Source: Eledone cirrhosa (lineage: Eukaryota). Taken from it: DNA of 64,000 nt. The notes under the pieces are model-generated. The model was not told the origin of the DNA. It did not search any database and saw only the letters and a program-made list of their open reading frames with translations. The first letter of the stretch is position 1. Each line of letters opens with the position of its first letter. Of the stretch, positions 1 through 15,705 are shown piece by piece. The stretch covers positions 29,202,001 through 29,266,000 of the forward strand of contig OZ024753.1 in the NCBI GenBank assembly GCA_964016885.1, read 5' to 3'. The translations under genes were made by a program, and so were the position numbers.

Positions 1-4
1 TACA

Positions 5-45
<41 letters not shown>

Positions 46-134
46 ACATACATATATATACATATACATATATGTACATACATATATATATATATACATA
101 TATATACATATACATATATATTCATACATATATA

Positions 135-1210
<1,076 letters not shown>

Positions 1211-1407
1211 TATACATATACATACATATATATATATATATATATACCTATATATATATATACATATAGATACATACATATATATACATATACATATATA
1301 TACATATATATACATACACATATATATATATATATATATACATACATATATATATATATATACATACATATATATATATACATATATATACATATACATA
1401 TATATAC

Positions 1408-1458
<51 letters not shown>

Positions 1459-1599
1459 CATACATATATATACATATATATATATACATATATATATACA
1501 TACATATATATATATATATACATACATATATATATACATACATATACATACATACATACATATATATATACATACATACATATACATATATATATATAT

Positions 1600-2173
1600 G
1601 GTGGCTGCCAACTCGTTTTCGAGTACGGCCACTACTTTATATCCATGCAGGAGAACCCCTACCGATGCGCTGAACGAGTGTGACTTTTTAGTCCAGCCAG
1701 CGACTTGAAAACTCTGGCACAAAGACTACACTTGTGACCATTATTGACACATAGTGCTGGGCGCATGGTACCATGTGACGACAAGTGCAGAGAGATCTCC
1801 AGATATAAAGCAATGCCTGTGAAGCTTTTATAGTGAGCAAAGGCACTGCCCAAAGCCAGTCCCACTCTCTTAACCAAGATGATATTTACCAAAAAGAAGA
1901 ACAAGTCAACATCATTGGATACCATCAGGGTTGCAGGTGTTATATCAGAGTTTTCCTTCTCCTAGAATTCTGCCTTGACAAAGGCTAAGGGGTCATCTCT
2001 CCCGGTGATTTTGGATGGCTATTGACTCTTAAGAGCTCCTTTGCCCTTTGACAGGTGTTGTTTTTAGTCCTGCGGGATGTCCAAAGTCACCCTCCTCACC
2101 AAGAAACCTTGGTGGGGTTGCCAGTTTAGTCGCCAACGACCCGACCATGAGACAGGTTGTACTGGGATACATG
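1600..2173 (-). mobile_element. Non-autonomous bipartite RTE-derived element, copy 1
   Basis: The minus strand carries the RTE 5'UTR-type motif ctaggagaaggaaaactctg joined to a C2H2 finger [22 protein letters not shown], with no EN or RT. A near-identical copy lies at 9612-10220. Confidence 0.65.
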
Positions 2174-2210
2174 TATATATATATATATATATACATATAT
2201 ATATACATAC

Positions 2211-2265
<55 letters not shown>

Positions 2266-2292
2266 CAAATATATCCATATACATATGTATTC

Positions 2293-2372
<80 letters not shown>

Positions 2373-2471
2373 TATACATATACATACATATATATATATA
2401 TATATATACATATATATACATATAGATACATACATATATATACATATACATATACATATATATACATATAT

Positions 2472-2502
<31 letters not shown>

Positions 2503-2645
2503 CATACATATATATATATATACATACATACATATATATACATATATATACATATACATATATATATACATATATATACATACATATACATATATATATA
2601 TATACATATATATATATACATATATATATACATATATATACATAC

Positions 2646-2676
<31 letters not shown>

Positions 2677-2677
2677 C

Positions 2678-2728
<51 letters not shown>

Positions 2729-2795
2729 TATACATATATATATACATATATATATATACATATATATATATACATATATATAGATATATATATAC

Positions 2796-2828
<33 letters not shown>

Positions 2829-2841
2829 CATATATATACAT

Positions 2842-2888
<47 letters not shown>

Positions 2889-2895
2889 TATACAT

Positions 2896-2926
<31 letters not shown>

Positions 2927-2927
2927 C

Positions 2928-2984
<57 letters not shown>

Positions 2985-3013
2985 CATATACATATATATA
3001 TACATATATATAC

Positions 3014-3064
<51 letters not shown>

Positions 3065-3087
3065 CATATACATATATATATATATAT

Positions 3088-3282
3088 AGTTTTAAAATAG
3101 ATGAGATTCTACAGGACTAGAACTGTTTCATTCTTTAGAAATCAGCAGGAGATTCCTGATGATTTCTAAAGAATGAAACAGTTCTAGTCCTGTAGAATTT
3201 CATCTATTTTAAAACTTTTATACTCTGCAATGTATTGAGTACCTTACTTACTGTGGTTACCTCCGATTCAACCCGGAATAAC

Positions 3283-3287
<5 letters not shown>
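3088..3287 (+). mobile_element. HHR fold-back element, family A (PLE-type, non-autonomous)
   Basis: Inverted repeat of about 60 bp (3088-3150 vs 3152-3216) plus a unique tail. The family recurs at 15008 and 16503. Confidence 0.8.
3149..3201 (+). ncRNA. Type I hammerhead ribozyme (family A)
   Basis: Stem I gagattc/gaatttc, core CUGAUGA at 3156-3162, stem II ttct/agaa, GAAA, stem III cag/ctg. Predicted cleavage after GUA at 3194. Confidence 0.85.
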
Positions 3288-3358
<71 letters not shown>

Positions 3359-3412
3359 CATACATACATATATATACATATATATATATACATATATATA
3401 TACATACATATA

Positions 3413-3444
<32 letters not shown>

Positions 3445-4561
3445 CATATATATACACACACATATATATACATACATACATATACATATATATATATACA
3501 TATATATATACATACATATATATATATACATATATATATAGATATATATACATATATATATATACATATATATATATACATATATATATATACATATTTA
3601 TATACATATATATATATATTTATATACATATATATATATACATATTTATATACATATATATATACATATATATATACATATATATATACATATATACATA
3701 TATACATATATATATACATATATATAATACATACATATATATATACATATACATATATATATACATATATATATTCATATATATATACACATATATATAC
3801 ATATATATATACATATATATACATATATATATACCTATACATATACATATACATATATATATACATATATATATATACATATATATACATATATATATAT
3901 ATACATATATATGTACATATATATACATATATATATATATATGTACATATATATACATATATATATACATATATATATATATATACATATATATATACAT
4001 ATATATATGTACATATATATATATACATATATATACATATATATATATTATACATACATATATATATATACATACATATATATATATACATACATATATA
4101 TACATATATATATATTATACATACATATATATATACATACATATATATATACATACATATATATTATACATACATATATATATACATACATATATATACA
4201 TATATATATATTATACATACATATATATATACATACATATATATATACATACATATATATTATACATACATATATATATACATACATACATATATATATA
4301 TATATACATATATATTATGAGCAGTTGAAGACGTGTTTTTACTTCTCTCCCCGTGTAAGCAGCAAGTCACACAGCCACAAAACAAAACCACAAAACAAAA
4401 CCAAACAAACAAAAATTGACCGGTTAATACATTTACATACATCTATATTATTATATATTTGAAACCACGTGTTTACCAACTTGTGAGTACATTTTCCTTT
4501 AACTACAAATTATTATATACTTTCGTCTTTTCATTCATTTAATTAATTTCAAATAACCAGA

Positions 4562-4621
<60 letters not shown>

Positions 4622-4765
4622 TCATATTTATATATATACTCTTCTCACTCACACACAAGAAAAACAAGAAAAACAAAAAAACAAAACAAAAAACAAAAAT
4701 AAATTTAAAAAAAATATATATATATATTGAAATACTTAACTAAAACACAAACACTCAAAACTAGA

Positions 4766-5291
4766 ATGGCTAACCAGCAAAAATCCAAACAGAACTGGTC
4801 TGATAATGAAATCGACATTCTAATAAACACATGGTATTGCCTTACCCAAACAGAAGACATAGATGCTTCATGTCTGAACGACATTGCTAAACGTACAGTT
4901 CAACTTTTGAAAACCCGATCTGAACAACAGATTCAAAATAAATTAAAGCAAATCGAAATTGCTTTTAAATTAATCAATAAACATTTGGATAAACTACGGT
5001 GTGTTTTTTCTTCGGATGCTGTCCAGCAGCAGCAACAACAACAACAGCAGCTCCAACGGCAACAACAACAACAGCTACAACAACAACAGCAACAACAACA
5101 TCAACAACAGCAACAACAACAACGACAACAACAACAACAGTGTGAACCACTCCTTGATTCATCAACAATGGCCGATCTACTAAATGAAACTATTGACCTC
5201 CCAGTAGCCTCTGTTTCACAGCAGGAAACGCCACATCCTTTCTCTGGCCCAGCAGTCCAATCATCACCACTCCCAACATCTTCTTCTCTGC

Positions 5292-5359
<68 letters not shown>

Positions 5360-6001
5360 GCTACTACTACTACTACAACATCTTTGGCTACTGCTATCTC
5401 AAGGAATTTACCTTCTAATACGAGTACAAGAACTCTCCCTCCCACAGTCCACAAAGGTCGTCAAATCCTACTCAAACCATCATCTACACCTCTCACAACA
5501 CACACACCCACATACCCACCCACTCGAAACCCCATCGTTTGCCGCTACTCTCTACGCTATAGAATATGTACGGATAGTGGCTGCAAATTCACCCATTTAC
5601 CTAGGACAAAACGGTCTATCCCCACAAACAGCCACCACCATAATACATACTCTAATTTAACACCAACACAACCACCAATAACTCAAACAAGGAATCCACA
5701 AATCTGCCGCTTTTCCCTGCGAGACAGATTGTGTTTAGACCGGGATTGTCCCTTTACCCATCTCCCGGGGACCCGTCGGACAAATGAAAATAAAATTAAA
5801 AATAAAAGCAAAAACAAAAACCATAACCTACATAAAAATAACCACTACCACAGTCACCAACAGTCTTCTAAACAGGAAACTTCTTCCTCTTTTTTAGCCA
5901 TAATGAATCTGGCAAAAGAACTGGAAAAAAACATTCGAGCTATCACCCAGCACCACCCTCCACTATCACCCCACTGCACAAACTCCCATTGCTGCCATTA
6001 A
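4766..6001 (+). CDS. LINE ORF1: Myb/SANT-like N-terminus, polyQ and polyT tracts, two CCCH zinc fingers
   Basis: Open from ATG 4766. Contains NWSDNEIDILINTW, (CAA/CAG)n and (ACT)n tracts, and the fingers CRYSLRYRICTDSGCKFTH and CRFSLRDRLCLDRDCPFTH. Confidence 0.7.
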
Positions 6002-8866
6002 CAAACAAACAAATTAACCACATCCCTTTCTTCGTCCTCACTGAAACCCATCTCAGTAACCTTCACTTAGAAGCCGAGGTGAAAGTGAAAAATTTCAAAG
6101 CCATCCGTGCTGATCGCGCTGGCAGAAGAAAGGGCGGGACTGCCATTTATGTCCATAATTCTTTCTCAACAGAGGCTATGAACATATTCACTAATGGATA
6201 CTGCGAAGCAGTCACTGTATTCAGTCAAACCAACAACCTAATAGTAGTTGGGCTCTATAGGCCACCCCAAACGCCTGTACCATGCTTCAAGGAATGCCTC
6301 AACAGCATAAAGTGTTTCATCCAAGAGTGTCACACTGACGACATCTTAATGATGGGGGACTTCAACCTCCCCGGAGTTGACTGGTCCACAAACAGCCTGC
6401 CACCAGGTTCTTCTGCCTCAACCTCTGACAGGGAAGCAGTGGAATCGCTTCTTGACTTCATGGATGATTTCTTCCTATCCCAACTGGTGCTCGAACCAAC
6501 GAGGTGCCACAAAAACGTCCTAGACTTAATTTTCAGCAATCACACTGACAATATCCACAATATTGCAGTGGAGAAAACTCTACTCTCTGATCATGACATG
6601 GTTCTCTGTGATCTGAGATTCCACCGTCCAATATACAAACCCAATGTCATCTCTCCTGTCCATCCGTTTGACGCTATGGATTTCCACAATGCAAACTGGG
6701 AAGCGATCAGTCATGATCTTGCACATGTCGACTGGTCCTTCACGCACACTCATACACCCACTAACATCAAAAAGTCCTGGCAGACATTTGTGGACACTGT
6801 TACAAACATATGTGCAAAACACACCCCATTAAGAACTATAAACAAATCTAAGAGCAGAATCCCTAGAAATAGAAAAATGCTCATCAGAAAAATTAAGAGA
6901 ACGAACAAAAAAATCAACAAGCTGAAATACTGTCAGCAGCAACACATCAACTTGACTGCCATTTCATCACTAGAGATTAAAAAAGATAACCTCCAAAACA
7001 ACATAATGTCTCTCATCAACAATCAGAGAAGAGCTGAAGAGGCCTGGGCCATTAAGAAGATCAAACTCAATCCCAAAGTGTTCTTTTCATTTGCAAAAAA
7101 ACACAAAATCACTGGCTGGCCCTCTAATTGATGAAAATGGCACTCTTCAAGACAATGCTAAAACCATGGGTGAGATACTGCAGAAACAATACTGCTCTGT
7201 TTTCAGCAATCCTGATATGGCCGATCTGGGCTGTATCGGCGATATTACTCCCCATTACACCTTACCGGACATAACGTTTGGCGCCCCTGATGTCTTAGCG
7301 GCAATAAAGGAAATCAAGCATAATTCAGCAGTAGGTCCCGATAGGTTCCCTGCTTGTGTCTTGAAGGCGTGTCAACACCAACTTGCATCTCCTCTTGCCA
7401 ATCTGTGGCGGAACTCACTGGATGCTGGATATGTGCCAGAAAACCTTCTATCCCAGTCTGTTGTCCCAGTTTTCAAAAAAGGAAACAAATCCCTTGCCGT
7501 GAATTACCGTCCAATCTCACTCACCTCTCATATCATTAAGGTATTTGAGAGAGTGGTGAGATCGCGAATGACCCACTTCCTTGAGAGTAACAATATGCTG
7601 AACTCCAACCAGCATGGATTCCGTAATGGAAGGGATTGCCTGACGCAGCTACTGCATCACTTTGATGACATTTTGAGAGCCTTGGGAGAGGGTTCCAACA
7701 CTGATGTTATCTACCTTGATTTCAGCAAGGCCTTTGACAAGGTTGATCATAACATTCTACTGAGAAAGCTGTCCAATATTGGTGTCACTGGAAAGCTGCT
7801 GCAGTGGATCAAGAGCTTCCTGTCAAACAGAACCCAACATGTTGTAGTTGAAGGAGTCAAATCCAGCCCAGCCAAAGTCAGTAGTGGGGTCCCACAAGGC
7901 ACTGTGTTGGGCCCACTTCTCTTCATCATCTATATTAATGACATCACTGACATCATCAAACACAGCAACATTAAAATTTTCGCTGATGATTCCAAGCTCC
8001 AAAAAGTCATCAATGGCGTGGATGACCGGATAAGCCTTCAGTCAGACCTACTGGCTGTTACCCAATGGGCGGAAAAGAACAACATGTTACTGAACGAAGA
8101 CAAATTCGAACTGATCCACTTTGGAAAAGAGGATGCTCTGAAACTCCCGTACTCCCTTCCCTCCGGGGAAACTCTCGTGGCATCTAACAACATCAGAGAC
8201 TTGGGAGTAACCGTGGACAGCAACATAAGCTGGGCCACGCATATAAGCAGCAAAGTTGACATGGCCCGCAGAATGTGTTCCTGGATCCTCAGAACCTTCT
8301 AGTCGAAAGATTCCCACACCATTATCCTTCTCTTCTCTACTTTTGCCCGACCACACCTTGAATACTGTTGTCCACTGTGGTCTCCCCACACGAAACAAAG
8401 TATCATGAAACTTGAAGCTCCTCAAAGGGCAATCACGAAAAAGATAGATGGCATGTCAGACCTTGACTACTGGGGTCGACTAGAAAAGCTGAAACTTTAC
8501 TCACTCCAACGTCGCCGTGAGCGTTATATTATCTGCATGATGTGGAAAATGTTCCATCATCACTGCCCAAATGATGTTGGCATCGCCTTCAAGATACACC
8601 CAAGGCTTGGGCCCTGTGCTATCCGTCCCATACAAAAATCTAAATCGCAACTCATAACAACAATACGGCACAATTATTTCACCTCAATTGGCCCTGCTCT
8701 CTTCAACATCACACCAGGACACGTCAAAACAGAAACTGACCACACAAAATTTAAGAAGTCTTTGGACAAATTCCTCCAAGTAATCCCGGACAAACCACCC
8801 ACACCCGGATATGTCTCCGCAAACAGTAATTCTCTTCTCGAATGGGCCATGGTGCCCAAATCCTGA
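5989..8866 (+). pseudogene. LINE ORF2 (AP endonuclease + reverse transcriptase), disrupted
   Basis: APE motifs LTETHL, YRPP, GDFNLP, LDL and SDH. RT motifs YRPISLTS, DFSKAFDKV, GVPQGTVLGP and FADD. Frameshift near 7105 and an in-frame TAG at 8300-8302. Confidence 0.92.
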
Positions 8867-9082
8867 ATTGAAAGACTTCGCCAGGTGGTGCTATTAAGTT
8901 AGACATGGCCTGGGCCAATACTGGCCAAAACATTTCAAAGTTATTCAAAGTTATATATATTATACATACATATATATATATACATACATATATATATATA
9001 CATACATATATATACATATATATATATTATACATACATATATATATATATACATATATATATACACATATATATATACATAC

Positions 9083-9146
<64 letters not shown>

Positions 9147-9147
9147 G

Positions 9148-9178
<31 letters not shown>

Positions 9179-9240
9179 GTTTACATACATATATATATAT
9201 ACATACATATATATGTATACATATATACATATATACATAC

Positions 9241-9277
<37 letters not shown>

Positions 9278-9292
9278 CGTATATATATATAC

Positions 9293-9323
<31 letters not shown>

Positions 9324-9432
9324 GATATATATATATACATATATATATACATATATATATACATACATATATATACATATATATATATACATACATATAT
9401 ACATACATATATATACATATATATATACATAC

Positions 9433-9463
<31 letters not shown>

Positions 9464-9611
9464 CATATATATATACATACATATATATATATATATATAT
9501 ACATACATATATACATACATATATACATACATATATATACATATATATATACATACATATATATATACATATATATATATATATACATATATATATACAT
9601 ATATATATACA

Positions 9612-10220
9612 TGGTGGCTGCCAACTCGTTTTCGAGTACGGCCACTACTTTATATCCATGTAGGAGAACCCCTACCGATGCGCTGAACGAGTGTGACTTT
9701 TCAGTCCGGCCAGCGACTTGAAAACTTTGGTACAAACACTAGACTTGTGACAACTATTGACACATAGTGCTGGGCCCATGGTACCATGTGACGACAAGTG
9801 CAGAGAGATCTCCAGATATAAAGCAATGCCTGTGCCGTGAAGCTTTTATAGTGAGCAAAGGCACTGCACAAAGCCATTCCCACTCTCTTAACCAAGATGA
9901 TATTTACCAAAAAGAAGAACAAGTCAACATCATTGGATATCATCAGGGTTGCAGGTGTTATATCAGAGTTTTCCTTCTCCTAGAATTCTGCCTTGACAAA
10001 GGCTAAGGAGTCATCTCTCCCGGTGATTTTGGATGGCCATTGACTCTTAAGAGTTCCTTTGCCCTTTGACAGGTTTTGTTTTTAGTCCTGCAGGATGTCC
10101 AAAGTCACCCTCCTCACCAAGAAACCTTGGTGGGGTTGCCAGTTTAGTCATCAACGACCCGACCATGGGACAGGTTGTACTGGGATACATGTTACCAGTA
10201 GCACCAACTGGTGACCTGAC
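9612..10220 (-). mobile_element. Non-autonomous bipartite RTE-derived element, copy 2 (longer 5' end)
   Basis: Aligns by eye with 1600-2173 along its whole length, plus about 30 nt more at the 5' end that includes a hairpin. Confidence 0.65.
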
Positions 10221-10307
10221 ATATATATATACATATATATATATATACATACATATATATATATACATAAACCAAAGAAGCCTTCAATACATCAAAAGAC
10301 TTTATTA

Positions 10308-10345
10308 GCCAACAATGTTTCGTCCTATTAAGGACTCATCAGGGC
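10308..10345 (-). ncRNA. Minimal type I hammerhead ribozyme
   Basis: Minus strand reads gcc CTGATGA gtcc-ttaata-ggac GAAA ca-t-tg TT ggc. The cleavage triplet is GUU. Confidence 0.8.
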
Positions 10346-11813
10346 AAGTAAAGCTACAAGAAGCACTATCGGCCAATACAAGCCAAAAACTCAGAAGAAT
10401 ATGGAGTATACATCTATTAAAGCTTAGGAAAGATATCAAGGAAAAGTTGTCTAAGATTAAGAGTGAGCAGTTACAAACATAGATATGGACCAAATAGCAA
10501 GGAAGTGATTAACATGTTGAACCCACACTGCAAATATTGTATAATGCAAGAACTTGAAACACAAATGGTAATATAATGCGAGTATAATATAATATAATAG
10601 ATGGTGATAATAAAAAGCTTAATATATGTATATATATACATATATCTCTATACATATACACATTAGTACAAATACAAACTAACACTTATTAAGTATTTAA
10701 ATATATATATATATATATTGTTTACAGTATAATATAATAAAGATAAAAATAAGAATAAAGATAAAAATAAAAATAAAATATAATATGTCAGTGTGCATAA
10801 ACAATATAGAAACATTATAATAACATTATAATAACAATATTATAATATATTGGCATCAAAAGATATACAAAATTACATCATACATATAATTTAAGTTAAC
10901 AAATAGTATAAAGTTTTACACAGGGTAAGAAAAAATCATATTGAACTAAATTGTGTTGTAAAAATTGTGTTGAAAAAATATCTATACCATTGTAACAAAT
11001 ACACGGAGGTCAAGTCATTTTACATATTACCAAAATATCACAAAATATTACAAAATATATTTACGTGGTTAACATACAGACATATATTAATGAAATTACA
11101 TGGTCAGACAAACAGCGTGTGGTAGTAAAAAAATAAATAAAATGAACGGAAGATCGAAAAACAAAAACAAGTATATTTACTTAGGTGTCACAAGCGGTTA
11201 AGTAAAAGAAAAAAGATAGAAATGTAGACCAGAGAGTTGACTAGAAAAACCTTTTTAAATTAATTAATATTAAAAGTATTTAAAATACATATTTAGTCAC
11301 TTTAAAATTGGCTATTGTTTAAGTCATCAAAACCGTATAAGTTTAAGATATCTCAATAAAATTATCAAGAATAGAGTAAAATATGCTTCGTTCAGTCGAA
11401 TAACGTTATCAAATAAAAGGACTCTAAATAGAACTATGGTAGACCAATGGGAACAGAAAGAAGAGAGGTTATGGAGGATAGGGAGGAGCATAAAATTAAA
11501 ATCAATATATTATATAATATCATAAAAGGAGCATAAAGGTGAAATTTATATATAGTGTAATAGAAGTGGCGGATATTAAGTGTGTAGAGGAGGAGGTACA
11601 TTAGTTGAATGAGACTCCAACCAAAGTATTTAATAAGATATAAACCCATAAGGTGTTAGTAGTGAAACTATAATAATGCTTAAGACGATAGATAGGGTAT
11701 GGTAGCCAAAAGACTATGGAAACTAAAATCGAAAAGTTGTAAAAAAACTAATAATAATAAAGATGATGGTAATCAAAATGAACCTAAACAAAAAGGATAA
11801 GGAAATATAGCAG

Positions 11814-12850
11814 CTAATGGATACGATTTAAACTACCAGAACTTTTAGGTCTATAATAGAAGAAAGAATTAGAAATGGCATGGGGGTAGGAAGAAAATAT
11901 CTCAGACTTTCTATTAAGCAAAACTTCCCTAGAGAAAATTATAGAGTGGGTCTGTAGGATACAGAGATTACAGAATTTAGTGTGTGTTGATAGGTTATTA
12001 GAGCGTGCTACTATACGCCAATTAAGGCTATATGGCATGCCTGCCCCTTTAAGATCCCAGATATGGTGTGCTAAAGAAGTAGAGTTCTTAAACTTAACAT
12101 GCTTAACATTAGAGATATGAGAATTAAACCTAGTTTTAAAAGTATTTGATGTGGAGCCTATATATGTGCTATTAGAAGAATCAGTCTTAACTTCACAAGC
12201 ATAAACAATGTTCCTAGAGAGGCAGTGACCATTTAAAGGGCAGTTAATACTTACTCTACAGTTACACTTCCTGGTGCTATTTACCGGCTGAATAAGTGAT
12301 GCATCACTTCTAGGGTTATTATAAGATAAGGTGTGTTCAGGTGGTAAGGCATTAATGGATCTATCAAGACTAGTAGTACGCAACGAGGAGTAGCTGTCCC
12401 TAATTTTCTTATTGTTAGTGCTAGCTAAATGAGAACTAATATTAGGGGTGGTAGAGAATGATAGTTTAATTACATTTTTATTAAAAATACCATGGTATTT
12501 ATTAGTAGGAGGGAAATTTTTCTCTAAGATAGAAAAGAAAGACCTAGGGATGTTAGTTAATACTTCATGATCATAAGGCGGGTTAAAATAAGTATTGAGT
12601 CTCCTCCTATTTCTATCCTTACCAACTCTACCGTTATCCAGTATCCCACTAATAGGATCAGGGTTACTACGAGGACTAGTTGAAACAACATTATTAGAAG
12701 CAGCCAAAACCCTATTGAGTCTCCTTCTGTTTCCACCTTTAGTATATCTACTGTTATCTGGAATCATATCAATAGGATTAGGGTTACTACCAGGATCAGT
12801 TGAAACAACACTATTAGAATCAGTAAAAACATTACCACTGGGTGAGCGAT
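11814..12850 (-). pseudogene. PLE C-terminus: linker + GIY-YIG endonuclease
   Basis: YFNPPY...NFPPTNKYHGIFNKN...CNCRVSINCPLNGHCLSRNIVYACEV...YIGSTSNTFKTRFNSH...CNLC. Confidence 0.88.
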
Positions 12851-13220
12851 CATTGTTGGCTGATAAAGACTTTTGATGTATTGAAGGCTTCTTTGGTTTA
12901 CTTTTTATAATTCTTCGGCTCTGTTTAATTACATTGAGCTATATCCTATACTGTCATTTCTATAATATGAAGAGGGTGTTTAACTCCAACACACTCTAGT
13001 ATTTTAATTCTTATATATATATATATACATACATATATATATACACATACATATACATATATATATATATACATACATATACATATATATATACATATAC
13101 ATATATATACATACATACATTTATATATATATACATACATACATATACATATATATACATACATACATATATATATACATACATATACATATATATACAT
13201 ACATACATATACATATACAT

Positions 13221-13253
<33 letters not shown>

Positions 13254-13824
13254 TGTATACATACATACATACATATATATACATATACATACATATATAT
13301 ACATATACATACATATATATACATATACATACATACATATATATACATACATACATATATATACATATATATATATACATACATATATACATACATACAT
13401 ATATATATATATATACATACATACATATACATATATATATACATACATACATATATAATTATACACATACATATATATATATACATACATACATATACAT
13501 ATATACATACATACATACATATACATACATATATATATATACATTCATACATATATATATATACATTCATACATATATATACATATACATACATATATAT
13601 ACATATATATATACATACATATATATATACATACATATATATACATATATACATACATATATATATATATACATACATACATATATATATATACACACAT
13701 ACATATACATATATATATATACATACATATATATACATATATACATACATACATATATATACAAATATACATACATACATATATATACATATATACATAC
13801 ATATATATATATACATACATATAT

Positions 13825-13889
<65 letters not shown>

Positions 13890-14170
13890 CATATATATAT
13901 ATGCATACATATATACATATATATACATATATATATATATACATATATATATATACATACATATAGATATATACATACATATATATATACATACATATAT
14001 ATATATATACCTACATATATATATAAATATACATATATATATATACATACATATATATATATACCTACATTTATATATATATATACATACATATACCTAC
14101 ATATATATATATATACGTACATATACCTACATATATATATAGAGAGAGATATATACATACATATACCTAC

Positions 14171-14201
<31 letters not shown>

Positions 14202-14233
14202 CCTACATATATATATATATATATACAAATACC

Positions 14234-14309
<76 letters not shown>

Positions 14310-15007
14310 CATACATATATATATATACATACATATATACATATACATACATACATACACATTTATATACATACATATATATACATCATCATCATCATCA
14401 TTATCATACGACCGCTTTTGCCTGCTTGCAAGGGAAATATACATATAAATACATACATACATATACATACATTCATACACACACATACACACACATATAT
14501 TTATATATATATACACGCACACACATACATACATATATCCATACACACACATATAGATATATATGGAGGAGTGGTGGTCGGGGGCATTTTTTTCTTTCGC
14601 ACAAGAATAAAAGTCATAGAAAATTTATGAGAAATCTTTTTCGGTAGATTCTTTTGGAAATGCAATATCTGATAATTAAATAAGTGGTTGCAATAGGAGG
14701 AAGATTATCTAATGTTCAAGATCTTGATTCTCTTCCATGTCCATTCTTTTATTTTTTCTCTTTGCTTTATGCTTTGTCGTATTCCACATTTCATATACAA
14801 GTATCCCGAGAAATTTTCCATCTGCCGTTCTTCAATAGTCTTTGTTCTCTGATATTCAATGAAGAAAAGTATTATTAATTTCAAACTGGATAGATATCTT
14901 ATCCCCCACCCCTCTCTCTCTTTCTCTCTGCGTGGCTCTCTCAAACGTGGTTTTGTCTTTTGCGTAAATATATATATATATATATATATATATTTATTTT
15001 TCATTTT

Positions 15008-15192
15008 TATATAGATGAGATTCTACAGGACTAGAACTGTTTCATTCTTTAGAAATCATCAGGAATCTGAGCCAGATTCCTGATGATTTCTAAAGAATGA
15101 AACAGTTCTAGTCCTGTAGAATCTCATCTATATTAAAACTTTTATACTCTGCTATGTATTACTTACTGTGGTTACCTTCGATTCAACCCGGA
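15008..15192 (+). mobile_element. HHR fold-back element family A, intact hammerhead core on both strands
   Basis: Near-perfect palindrome at 15008-15134. CUGAUGA at 15080-15086 (+) and 15056-15062 (-). Confidence 0.85.
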
Positions 15193-15203
15193 TATATATA
15201 CAT

Positions 15204-15282
15204 GCATTGGCAGCATGACCCACCCAAAGTATATATATATATATATATATATATATACTTTGGGTGGGTCATGCTGCCAATG

Positions 15283-15285
<3 letters not shown>
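15204..15285. repeat. Mini-palindrome of PLE 3'-end-like sequence around a (TA)n spacer
   Basis: cattggcagcatgacccacccaaagtata and its reverse complement. It resembles the end of the PLE at 49425-49451 (attggcaacatgaccctcccaaagtata). Confidence 0.7.
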
Positions 15286-15311
<26 letters not shown>

Positions 15312-15315
<4 letters not shown>

Positions 15316-15520
15316 GAACGAGTAGGACCCCGACGGCTGAGCTCAAGCCGTTTCGATGGCTAATTCTGGACTCAGAATACTGGCGTCCAGAATTAGCCGT
15401 CGAAACGGCTTGAGCTCAGCCGTCGGGGTCCTATTCGTTCCTATTACCCACTCTACTACCCTAAGTATTGAGTACTTTGGTGCGTTATGGTCCATCTGGT
15501 TCCTTACCACATTTCCTTCG

Positions 15521-15523
<3 letters not shown>
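15312..15523 (+). mobile_element. Fold-back element family B with the 3' half of a hammerhead
   Basis: Inverted repeat at 15312-15443 with GAAA cggct-tgagctc-agccg TC. The CUGANGA half is absent. A near-identical copy lies at 45427. Confidence 0.7.
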
Positions 15524-15560
<37 letters not shown>

Positions 15561-15602
15561 ACCTATCTGCCTATATTCCAGTTTGTCTATGCATTTTCTA
15601 TT

Positions 15603-15705
<103 letters not shown>

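Larger units (their letters stand above)
4317..8953 (+). mobile_element. Near full-length CR1/L2-group LINE (ORF1 + APE-RT ORF2)
   Basis: 5'UTR, ORF1 and an ORF2 with APE and RT motifs. It ends in a repeated ttcaaagtta tail running into (TA)n. The 5' boundary is approximate. Confidence 0.85.
10268..13012 (-). mobile_element. 5'-truncated Penelope-like element with long AT-rich 3'UTR and inverted terminal arm (12851-13012, + strand)
   Basis: GIY-YIG coding region with an HHR near the 3' end. 12851-12900 is the reverse complement of 10268-10318. Confidence 0.85.

Noticed and set aside
1600-10220. LTR retrotransposon formed by two direct repeats flanking an RT
   Set aside because: The repeats are antisense RTE-derived elements separated from the LINE by microsatellites. 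The RT is non-LTR (APE-RT), and there is no integrase or PBS.
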